Shown here one piece after another: positions 16,998 to 25,372 of a stretch of 64,000 nt of DNA (position 1 is the stretch's first letter; each line of letters starts with the position of its first letter). Source of the DNA: Clostridia bacterium (GTDB lineage: Bacteria > Bacillota > Clostridia > Monoglobales > Firm-18); assembly GCA_045654805.1 (NCBI GenBank), contig JAZOOD010000029.1, positions 2,364-66,363 on the forward strand, given 5' to 3'. A program made the translations under genes and the position numbers. The notes beneath the pieces are model-generated. The model was given only the letters and a program-made list of their open reading frames with translations. It did no database searches and was not told the origin of the DNA.

Positions 16998-17315
16998 ATA
17001 TGCAAGAGAATGAGAAAATATACTCCACGGTCTGCAATGAGTACATTACAGCGGAATACCAACGGCTATTAGTAGTATTACACAGAGTATGTCTCGTAAA
17101 GGCAATTGCATGAATAACGGAATAATAGAAAACTTTTTTGACAGGTTAAGAGTTGAAATGTTTTATGTTGAAGAATTCGAAAGTGTTAATGCTTTTATTG
17201 ATGAACTAAGCTGATATATTGATTGCTACAACAACGAAAGAATTTCCACAAAACTAAAAGGAAATGAGTCCGGTACAATACCGAACTCATTCACAAGCAA
17301 ATTAATATTTAATTT
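16998..17315 (+). pseudogene. IS3-family transposase C-terminal remnant, copy C
   Basis: Reads AEYQRLLVV..QSMSRKGNCMNNGIIENFFDRLRVEMFYVEEFESVNAFIDEL..YIDCYNNERISTKLKG, then a 1-nt insertion, then SPVQYRTHSQ. Stops and a frameshift are present. Confidence 0.75.
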
Positions 17316-17358
17316 TTCTGAATTTTTGATTCATTTCACTTGAATCTCCGTTTATTAT

Positions 17359-18210
17359 TCAGCTTAAGAAGAATATTGCAATAGTTCCGGGACCTGCATG
17401 AGCACCAACAACTGCACCTAATTCAGACATTAATATATCCTTGCAACCGTATTTTTCTACAACCATATTGCGTACTTCTTCTGCAACTTCTGGTGAATCT
17501 GCGTGTATAATACCCACAGTTTCATTAGCTATATCAGGGTTAAGCTCGCCCATTATATCTACCATACGGGATAAAGTCTTTTTTAACCCTCTGGATTTTT
17601 CCAAAGATACAAGTTTACCCTCATCATCAACGTGCAAAATAGGCTTAATTCCCAAAAGACCGCCAACAGTCTTTGTTGTCCTGCTGACACGTCCGCCACG
17701 ATACAGATATTCCAAATCGTCGACCGTGAAAATATGTTCCATATTGTCACTCCAATAGTGAATTTTATTAACTAATTCATCATATGTAGCGCCTTTTTCA
17801 AGAGCCTGCATAGCAAACAACACTACCATCCCCTGTCCAAAGGACGCACATTTGGTATCAATAATCTCTATTTTAAAATCCGGATATTCTGTGCATACAT
17901 CTTCAGCAGTAAGCTTTGCAAGATTGTGCGAACCTGAAAGTGACGCGCTGAACGAAATATAAATAACCTCATCCCCCGCTTGTGCATACTTCGTAAATGT
18001 ATCAGCTAATCTATCACTCAAAACCAACGAAGTTTTAGGGACAGCACCCTCCTTCATCTTTTCATAAACCACATTGGGAATAATGTCCTCTCTGTCACGA
18101 TACACCTGACCCTCAATATTAACCTGTAACGGTATAATTTCAATACCGTACTGTTCTTCCATAGCCTTCGTTACATCACAGGCAGAGTCTGTAATAATTT
18201 TAATAGCCAT
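17359..18210 (-). CDS. DegV family fatty-acid-binding protein
   Basis: MAIKIITDSACD..., ...GGRVSRT..VGGLLGIKPIL. Confidence 0.9.
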   Translation of the reverse strand: MAIKIITDSACDVTKAMEEQYGIEIIPLQVNIEGQVYRDREDIIPNVVYEKMKEGAVPKTSLVLSDRLADTFTKYAQAGDEVIYISFSASLSGSHNLAKLTAEDVCTEYPDFKIEIIDTKCASFGQGMVVLFAMQALEKGATYDELVNKIHYWSDNMEHIFTVDDLEYLYRGGRVSRTTKTVGGLLGIKPILHVDDEGKLVSLEKSRGLKKTLSRMVDIMGELNPDIANETVGIIHADSPEVAEEVRNMVVEKYGCKDILMSELGAVVGAHAGPGTIAIFFLS

Positions 18211-18236
18211 CTTTTTACCTCCTTGGGGCTAACCCA

Positions 18237-18944
18237 TTAGTCTCTTCTTCCGTTCCCGAAAATTCGTAACAGATAAAGGAAAATATTTATAAAATCAAGA
18301 TACAAGGATAATGCTCCTATGATACCGACTTTTCTCTGCATCTGGTAATCACCGTTAGTTGCATAATAAAATGATTTTAATTTTTGTGTATCATATGCTA
18401 CAAGTCCTACAAATATCGCTACCGCAATAAAAGATAGTACCAAATCAAACATACTGTTTCTCAAAAACAAATTAATAAGTGAAGCAACTATAACACCTAT
18501 TAACAGCATCATCAATACATTGCCTATTCTAGTCAAATCCTTTTTTGTAGTTATTCCATAAACTGACATTACTCCAAAGGATATTGCTGTCGTGAAAAAA
18601 GCAGTGTAAATAACACCTAAATTATATGCCACAAACACACTTGACAAAGTTATGCCATTAATTATTGAATAGGCATAAAACATAATCTGTGCCGTACCAT
18701 AGCTTATTTTATTAATCCTCGCAGAAAGAGAAAATACTATTACAAGTTCTGCAATTATAAACAAATAAACAGCCGAACTACCGTATAGCAAATTTATCAT
18801 AGTATGGCTGTTTGCTGTAAACCACGCAGCCAAAGCAGTAACCAAAAGTCCCATAAACATAGTTCCGTAAATTTTGAAAATATATGAATTAAGTCCTGCC
18901 TGCATATCTAACTGACCTTGTGATGAATACGGTTCGTTATACAT
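18237..18944 (-). CDS. Bax inhibitor-1/YccA family membrane protein
   Basis: 235 aa, 7 TM helices, with the C-terminal LYLDFINIFLYLLRIFG motif. Confidence 0.85.
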   Translation of the reverse strand: MYNEPYSSQGQLDMQAGLNSYIFKIYGTMFMGLLVTALAAWFTANSHTMINLLYGSSAVYLFIIAELVIVFSLSARINKISYGTAQIMFYAYSIINGITLSSVFVAYNLGVIYTAFFTTAISFGVMSVYGITTKKDLTRIGNVLMMLLIGVIVASLINLFLRNSMFDLVLSFIAVAIFVGLVAYDTQKLKSFYYATNGDYQMQRKVGIIGALSLYLDFINIFLYLLRIFGNGRRD

Positions 18945-18956
18945 AAAAACCTCCTT

Positions 18957-20624
18957 TTATACCTCCATAATAACAGGAAGTATCATTGGCTTTCTTTTAG
19001 TCTTGAAATATAGATAATCACTCAAATCATTCTTGATTTTCGATTTCATTGTATTCCAGTCGCAATTTCTTTTGTCGTTGCATTTTTCAATTGAATTTCT
19101 TGCACAGTCGCGGATATGCTCCATCAAATCTTCACTTTCACGCATGTACACAAATCCACGTGAAACAACATCTGGGCCGGACAAAATCTGATGGGTGTGT
19201 GAGTCAAGGGTCACAACTACAACAATAAGACCATCTTCTGCAAGTAGCTTTCTGTCACGCAAAACAATGTTGCCTACATCTCCTACTCCAAGTCCGTCAA
19301 CCAAAATTCTACCGGACGGAACTGTACCGGTCACCTTGCATTTATCGGCATTAATCTCCACCACATTACCTATCTGCATTTTAATAATATTCTTTTCGGG
19401 AATGCCTAATTTTTGTGCAATCATGGAATGATGATACAAGTGTCTGTATTCTCCATGGACAGGTATAAAGAACTTGGGGTTAGCCAGGTTCATTACAACT
19501 TTAAGCTCCTCACTGCAAGCATGACCGGAAACATGAATGTCTGCCAAGGCCTCGTATATTACGTTTGTGCCAAGCTTGTATAGTTCATTTATAACCTTAG
19601 ATACTGCCTTTTCGTTCCCCGGTATTGGGTTGGCAGAAATTATGACAGTGTCTTTGCTTCCCAAAGTAACCTTACGGTGCTCTGAATATGCCATTCTCGT
19701 AAGAGCACTCATTGCCTCTCCCTGACTACCAGTTGTTATTATAACCAATTTGTGCGGGGGATAATTGGTAATTTCATCTATGTCTATAAGCATACCCTTT
19801 GGAATCTTCATATGCCCCAATTCCATAGCCACAGATACAACATTCACAATACTACGTCCTGACAGAGCAACTTTTCTGCCATACTGTGCTGCAGAATTCA
19901 CTATCTGCTGCATACGGTGAATGTTTGAAGCAAAAGTCGCTACAATTATCCTGTTTTTTGAATTATTACGAAATATTTCGTCAAAGGTTGCACCAACTGT
20001 ACTTTCACTCATTGTATAGCCCGGGCGCTCCGCATTCGTGCTATCTGACATAAGGGCAAGTATTCCTTTTTTGCCAAGTTCACCAATTCTTTTCAGGTCA
20101 ATCATCTTGCCCTCAATCGGTGTAGTATCTATTTTGAAGTCACCTGTGTGTAAAATTACACCAACAGGTGTGTGGAACGCAATCGCTGCAGCATCAGGGA
20201 TACTGTGATTACTACGAATAAATTCCACACGGAACTCACCCAACTTGAGAATATTTCCCGGCAATACGCTGTTTAGTTTAACAATCCTATCAAGTCCGTG
20301 CTCTTTAAGCTTGTTTTGTACAAGCCCGATTGTAAGTCTTGTGCCATAAACAGGCACATTAATCTTACTTAAAAAGTATGGTAATGCGCCAATATGATCC
20401 TCATGACCGTGGGTTATTACCACTGCTCTGATTTTTTCCTTATTTTTTTCAAGATAAGTAAAATCAGGTATTACAATATCTACGCCGGGCATTTCATCAT
20501 CCGGAAATGCCATACCACAGTCCAGAACGACTATATCATTACAGTATTCAAAAACAGTAATGTTTTTTCCGATCTCCTCCAGACCGCCTAGCGGTATAAT
20601 TTTCAAATTTTGTTTTTTTGCCAC
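18957..20624 (-). CDS. rnj: Ribonuclease J
   Basis: LKIIPLGGLEEIGKN, HGHEDHIG and the beta-CASP region. GTG start behind GGAGG. Confidence 0.9.
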   Translation of the reverse strand: MAKKQNLKIIPLGGLEEIGKNITVFEYCNDIVVLDCGMAFPDDEMPGVDIVIPDFTYLEKNKEKIRAVVITHGHEDHIGALPYFLSKINVPVYGTRLTIGLVQNKLKEHGLDRIVKLNSVLPGNILKLGEFRVEFIRSNHSIPDAAAIAFHTPVGVILHTGDFKIDTTPIEGKMIDLKRIGELGKKGILALMSDSTNAERPGYTMSESTVGATFDEIFRNNSKNRIIVATFASNIHRMQQIVNSAAQYGRKVALSGRSIVNVVSVAMELGHMKIPKGMLIDIDEITNYPPHKLVIITTGSQGEAMSALTRMAYSEHRKVTLGSKDTVIISANPIPGNEKAVSKVINELYKLGTNVIYEALADIHVSGHACSEELKVVMNLANPKFFIPVHGEYRHLYHHSMIAQKLGIPEKNIIKMQIGNVVEINADKCKVTGTVPSGRILVDGLGVGDVGNIVLRDRKLLAEDGLIVVVVTLDSHTHQILSGPDVVSRGFVYMRESEDLMEHIRDCARNSIEKCNDKRNCDWNTMKSKIKNDLSDYLYFKTKRKPMILPVIMEV

Positions 20625-20743
20625 GTTTTAACCTCCATAAAAATATTTTCCGTACAAAAAATGATTTTTTAATTATATATATTATTATGAAATATAAAAT
20701 AATTAAAATTCAAAGATTTGTAAAAATCTTAAAATTATATAAA

Positions 20744-21811
20744 TTATTGGATTTTATACTTATTCCTGGTTTTGCTCTCCATAAGCACATCAAGCATATC
20801 CAAGGATTTTCCTGTACCAATAGCCACACACGAAATAGGATTTTCCGCAACTTCGCACTGAATTCCGGTTTCGTGAGCAATAAGCTTGTCAAGACCCCAA
20901 ATTAGAGAGCCTCCACCTGTCATAACAATACCTTTTTCACTGATATCGCCAACAAGTTCCGGCGGAGTCTGCTCCAATACAGCTTTAACTGCATCAACAA
21001 TCTGGAACGCGGGCTCTTCAAAAGCTTCAAACATTTCATCAGCTGTAATAGTAATCGTCTTAGGAAGACCTGAAACAAGGCTTCTGCCACGTATCTCAGT
21101 GGATTCCTGACGGACTTGTTTATCTTCATCTGTTCTCTCAAATACACAACCGATATTGATTTTTAACTGTTCTGCTGTACGTTCACCTATAAGTATATTA
21201 TGCTTTTTACGGATATACTTTATAATTGCCTCGTCAAATTTATCCCCTGCCACTTTAATTGATTCCGAAACAACTATTCCACCCAAAGAAATAACCGCAA
21301 TATCCGTAGTTCCACCACCTATGTCAACAATCATAGTGCCACTTGGCTTTGCTATATCTATACCGGCACCAATAGCTCCGGCAATAGGTTCTTCAATAAG
21401 ATAAGTCTTGCTTGCACCTGCCTGTGTAGCGGCATCAATAACTGCTCTTTCCTCTACTTCTGTTACCCCGCTTGGCACACAAATCATAACGCGTGGTTTG
21501 AAAATTCTCTTCTTACATACACTGTCTATAAAATGTCTTAACATTTTCTCAGTAAGATCGTAGTCGGAAATTACCCCGTCACGCAATGGTCTTATAGCCA
21601 CAATATTACCAGGTGTACGTCCAAGCATACGTCGAGCTTCCTCACCTACTGCCAAAAGCTGCTTGGTATTAGTATCCATAGCTACAACAGAGGGCTCTTC
21701 CAAAACTATTCCCTTTCCCTTTACATAAACCAATACAGATGCAGTGCCAAGGTCAATACCAACATCATTGTTGATTTTGAAAAAATCTGTCAATTTAAAA
21801 TTAAATTTCAT
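20744..21811 (-). CDS. mreB: Rod shape-determining protein MreB/Mbl
   Basis: GIDLGTASVLVYVKGKGIVLEEPSVVA and DIGGGTTDIAVISLGG. Confidence 0.9.
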   Translation of the reverse strand: MKFNFKLTDFFKINNDVGIDLGTASVLVYVKGKGIVLEEPSVVAMDTNTKQLLAVGEEARRMLGRTPGNIVAIRPLRDGVISDYDLTEKMLRHFIDSVCKKRIFKPRVMICVPSGVTEVEERAVIDAATQAGASKTYLIEEPIAGAIGAGIDIAKPSGTMIVDIGGGTTDIAVISLGGIVVSESIKVAGDKFDEAIIKYIRKKHNILIGERTAEQLKINIGCVFERTDEDKQVRQESTEIRGRSLVSGLPKTITITADEMFEAFEEPAFQIVDAVKAVLEQTPPELVGDISEKGIVMTGGGSLIWGLDKLIAHETGIQCEVAENPISCVAIGTGKSLDMLDVLMESKTRNKYKIQ

Positions 21812-21840
21812 TTATAATTCCTCCGTTTCTTTATCTTTTA

Positions 21841-24015
21841 TTAAAACTCCATGAGCTCAACCGCAACCTTAGCATCACGGATATTTTTTTCTTTCATCAA
21901 TTTTGTGGTTTTTGCTATTTCTTCTTTCAAAAAATCGCGGTTTTCAATAACGTATTCCAACTGACTAACCATATCGGACACATCAATACTCTTTACGTCA
22001 AATGCCTTGCAACAATCCCATTTATGCACGATTGCATCGACCTTTGGATCATAAGAAAGTGCCACGAGAGGTACATTTGCACTCAATGAATATATAAGCG
22101 AATGAAGCCTCATCCCCAAAACAAACTGGCTGTTTTTAATATATTCAATAAGATTCTCTGCATTTACAAATGCAGGCGCCACCTTGCCTCCGCATTTTGC
22201 TGCTATTTCCACGCTTAAATCGGTATCCATCCAGCTTTGCATAGGCACAAACACGGGTATAATATTATACTTTTCGTGAATTTCCCTACATACTGCTCCA
22301 AGCTTGTCTGCAAAATCATTTGGAAGTCCCTTCCACTTTCTTACAGATACCACAAAGTATGATTCATTCTCTTTAAAACCCAAGTTACTTGAGTTAAGCG
22401 AAAAGGCCGGGTCGGCAGAAACGGTTATTTCATTCTGCACTCCCATACTTTTCAGTTCCTGTAGTGATTGTTCATCACGCAAAGTAATTTTGTGTACTCT
22501 GTCCAACAGATTTTTGCAGTCAATTCGATTTTTTTCTGCAACAATCGGGCCTATACCATTGGCATAAACCATTACCTTTGTTCCATAACGCAGTGCCATT
22601 TTCATAATAGAAGAATAATATTTATAAGAATGTGTACTTGTAACATCCTGTAGAAGACTTCCTCCACCGCTTACGAGTAAGCGTGTATGTTTTAAAACAC
22701 TCAATATTTTAAATATGTTGTATCGGTATATGCTTTTCACATTATACAAAACCGCAGTTTCCTTCGGCTTTTTTGAAAGTACGGTTATTGAAACATCAGG
22801 TTTTTGCTCCCTGAGATTTTGTACAATAGATTTAAGCAAAGAGTCATCCCCGATATTCTTATAACCATAATATCCTGATATAAGAACATCATTTTTGCGG
22901 AAAGGGTTTTTAACAAGGAGTTTGGCATAAGCATTTTCGTAATCGTTAACCATCCTTGCGACAGAATAGTTATCTATGATAAACCGCCTGTTAAAATCAC
23001 CCATTTCCTTAATATTTTTACTATCCAAAATTCCGCATATATCCCTATATAAAATCTCGTCCGAAGGCATTTCGCATCCACGACAACAAAAATTCGTCTT
23101 GATACATACGTCAATTTTATCCTGCTCGAACACACCTATGTAGCCTTCATTCCCCGCAATAATAACAGGTTTCTCGGCAGACATAGCCTCTAATGCGGCA
23201 CGGGAAACACCTATAAACATATCCCCCGATGCTACAAATTTGTTGATGTCCGTGCGTCCATTTGTTGCAATGGCAACCTTTCTTTCCAACAAACTATTAA
23301 CCTCTTCCACTTTGGAAACAAGACGGTTATAGTCATTACCCCCACCAACTATCACAACCTCTATATTCGGATATTTTTCATAGAGCATAGGAGTAACGTT
23401 AAGCAAGTTAAAAGCAACTGCACTGCGATCAATATCCATACGGCTTACATACACGATACGTGTCTTTCCTTCTGTAAGACCAAATTCCTCCGCCACATCA
23501 GAATAATCTATAGATGCAGAAAACTTGTTAGTATCTATACCGTTAATTGTTACATCGATTTTATTATCAGGATACTTGTAGTTATCTATAAGATATTTTT
23601 TGATATCATTACTTACTGCGATAGAACGCTCTCCCCAATTAGTAATGTGCTTCAGCATTATCCCTGTTTTAAACACCCAATGAGCAGTAGTTATAAAGCG
23701 AAATTTTAACTTTTTATGAAGGATACCGCATATAAAACCGGGGATTCTCGCATGAGCGTGAACTATGTCAAAGTCGTTATCCCTAATTATGTTTTTTAAC
23801 CCCACATAGGATTTGATAATGCAATCCGGCCTTTTTGTATGCAATGGTAATTTGTGGTGCTTTATGTTATACGTGACAATTTCCTTTTCATAAACGCCAC
23901 CATTAGATGCAATATGGACCTGATGTCCTCGCCTTGCAAGCTCCATAGCAAGTTCAGCAACATGAGTTTCAGCTCCACCTATTTCAAGCCCCATTAGAAC
24001 CATTAGAATTTTCAA
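21841..24015 (-). CDS. Fusion protein: N-terminal GT4 glycosyltransferase plus C-terminal CsaB-type polysaccharide pyruvyl transferase
   Basis: The N-terminal half reads KILMVLMGLEIGGAETHV...ALEAMSAEKPVI (GT4). From about aa 383 it reads VLISGYYGYKNIGDDSLL...LVSGGGSLLQDVTS (CsaB). The start is probably TTG at 24015 (AAGGGGA plus 7 nt, giving MKILMV). The ORF track starts at TTG 24039. Confidence 0.75.
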   Translation of the reverse strand: MKILMVLMGLEIGGAETHVAELAMELARRGHQVHIASNGGVYEKEIVTYNIKHHKLPLHTKRPDCIIKSYVGLKNIIRDNDFDIVHAHARIPGFICGILHKKLKFRFITTAHWVFKTGIMLKHITNWGERSIAVSNDIKKYLIDNYKYPDNKIDVTINGIDTNKFSASIDYSDVAEEFGLTEGKTRIVYVSRMDIDRSAVAFNLLNVTPMLYEKYPNIEVVIVGGGNDYNRLVSKVEEVNSLLERKVAIATNGRTDINKFVASGDMFIGVSRAALEAMSAEKPVIIAGNEGYIGVFEQDKIDVCIKTNFCCRGCEMPSDEILYRDICGILDSKNIKEMGDFNRRFIIDNYSVARMVNDYENAYAKLLVKNPFRKNDVLISGYYGYKNIGDDSLLKSIVQNLREQKPDVSITVLSKKPKETAVLYNVKSIYRYNIFKILSVLKHTRLLVSGGGSLLQDVTSTHSYKYYSSIMKMALRYGTKVMVYANGIGPIVAEKNRIDCKNLLDRVHKITLRDEQSLQELKSMGVQNEITVSADPAFSLNSSNLGFKENESYFVVSVRKWKGLPNDFADKLGAVCREIHEKYNIIPVFVPMQSWMDTDLSVEIAAKCGGKVAPAFVNAENLIEYIKNSQFVLGMRLHSLIYSLSANVPLVALSYDPKVDAIVHKWDCCKAFDVKSIDVSDMVSQLEYVIENRDFLKEEIAKTTKLMKEKNIRDAKVAVELMEF

Positions 24016-24019
24016 AGGC

Positions 24020-24886
24020 CTATTCCCCTTTCTGGTCAAAAATTATACCTACTACCCCCGGTCCGGTATGTGTACCTATAATACAACCAAGGTCAAACAT
24101 TTCAATCTCTACATCACCTAATTTTTCTTTCAAAAGTTTAATAGTTATTTCGCAACTTTCATCAGCATAACCGTTTGCGAGCCATATTTTTGGTTTGTTT
24201 GCAGCATCATAAACTTCTGCAGTCATATCGACAATTTTATTAAGTGATTTTTGTAAACCTCGTTCCTTACCTATGTTTTCAACAAGTCCGTCATTAATCG
24301 TAAGTATAGGTTTTATTCCTAAAAGACCGCCTATAACAGCAGTTGTGGCTTTAATCCTTCCACCCTTCTGCAAATGTTTGAGGTCATCCACCATAAAAAA
24401 GGCTTTGCCCGTTTTCTTCCCGGACTCAAAAGCATTCATTACTTCTTCCAAGGACGCTCCATTTGCAGCAAGCTCTGCCATTTTGACAACATCCTTACCG
24501 TACAACATTGAAAATTTTTCACTGTCTAATACGATGATATTAGATTCGTGCCCTAATTCATCCTCTATCTGCTGTTTCAAAAGATGCGCTGCGTTATAAC
24601 CCCCGCTTGCCTTAGCAGACAATGTTATTAAAATCTGGTAATCGTATTCCTCAAGATTTTTTCTAAACTCTTTTTCTATTAATTCCAAGGGCATCATGCT
24701 TGTTGTTGGAATTTCCTCCCTATCGGGAAGATTTTTCATATATTCTCTACCGTCTAGGTCATATCTGTCATAGTAAACCTTTCCGTCTATTACTACACAT
24801 ATCGGCAAATATCCTATATTGTACTTATCTACCAGATATTGCGGAATATCACTTGCTGAATCAGCAATAATCTTAATACGTGCCAT
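24020..24886 (-). CDS. DegV family fatty-acid-binding protein (second paralogue)
   Basis: MARIKIIADSASD... and GGRIKATTAVIGGLLGIKPIL. The start is at 24886 behind GGAGGG. Confidence 0.9.
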   Translation of the reverse strand: MARIKIIADSASDIPQYLVDKYNIGYLPICVVIDGKVYYDRYDLDGREYMKNLPDREEIPTTSMMPLELIEKEFRKNLEEYDYQILITLSAKASGGYNAAHLLKQQIEDELGHESNIIVLDSEKFSMLYGKDVVKMAELAANGASLEEVMNAFESGKKTGKAFFMVDDLKHLQKGGRIKATTAVIGGLLGIKPILTINDGLVENIGKERGLQKSLNKIVDMTAEVYDAANKPKIWLANGYADESCEITIKLLKEKLGDVEIEMFDLGCIIGTHTGPGVVGIIFDQKGE

Positions 24887-25367
24887 GTAACTTACCCTCC
24901 TGTAATAATTTGTCAAAATTTTTCTGTCTCAAAAACTCATATGCAGCAATAGCCACCGCATTTGACAGATTAAGTGACCTTGCCTCGTCGATCATAGGTA
25001 TCCTCACACACCTGTCATCATAATGTTCTTTTAGCAAACTTTCGGGCAATCCCTTTGTTTCCTTTCCAAACAGTAAATATACATCATCAGGAAACTCAAC
25101 CTCCGTATATGCCCTTGGTGCTTTTGTAGTGAAATAAAACATTCTATCATTTTTATGGATTCTCATAAATTCATCCAGGCTGTCATAATAGGTAATATCC
25201 AAAAGATGCCAATAATCAAGCCCTGCTCTCTTTAATTTTTTGTCATCTATCTCAAACCCCATAGGCTTTACAAGGTGCAATCTTGCACCGGTAGCAGCAC
25301 AGGTGCGTGCCACGTTGCCCGTATTTTGCGGGATTTCAGGTTCAACCATAACTATATTAAGCCTCAA
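24873..25367 (-). CDS. trmL: tRNA (cytidine/uridine(34)-2'-O)-methyltransferase TrmL (SpoU family)
   Basis: LNIVMVEPEIPQNTGNVARTCAATG. The start is ambiguous. TTG at 25367 is preferred (GGGGAG plus 10 nt). The ORF remains open to TTG 25385. Confidence 0.8.
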   Translation of the reverse strand: MRLNIVMVEPEIPQNTGNVARTCAATGARLHLVKPMGFEIDDKKLKRAGLDYWHLLDITYYDSLDEFMRIHKNDRMFYFTTKAPRAYTEVEFPDDVYLLFGKETKGLPESLLKEHYDDRCVRIPMIDEARSLNLSNAVAIAAYEFLRQKNFDKLLQEGKLHGTY

Positions 25368-25372
25368 AGTTC

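Noticed and set aside
20625-20743. AT-rich near-repeats (ttaattatatatattatt / aaaattatataaattatt) between rnj and mreB.
   Set aside because: These are short, imperfect and in a very AT-rich promoter region, so they are compatible with chance or UP-element-like sequence. There is no defined repeat unit.
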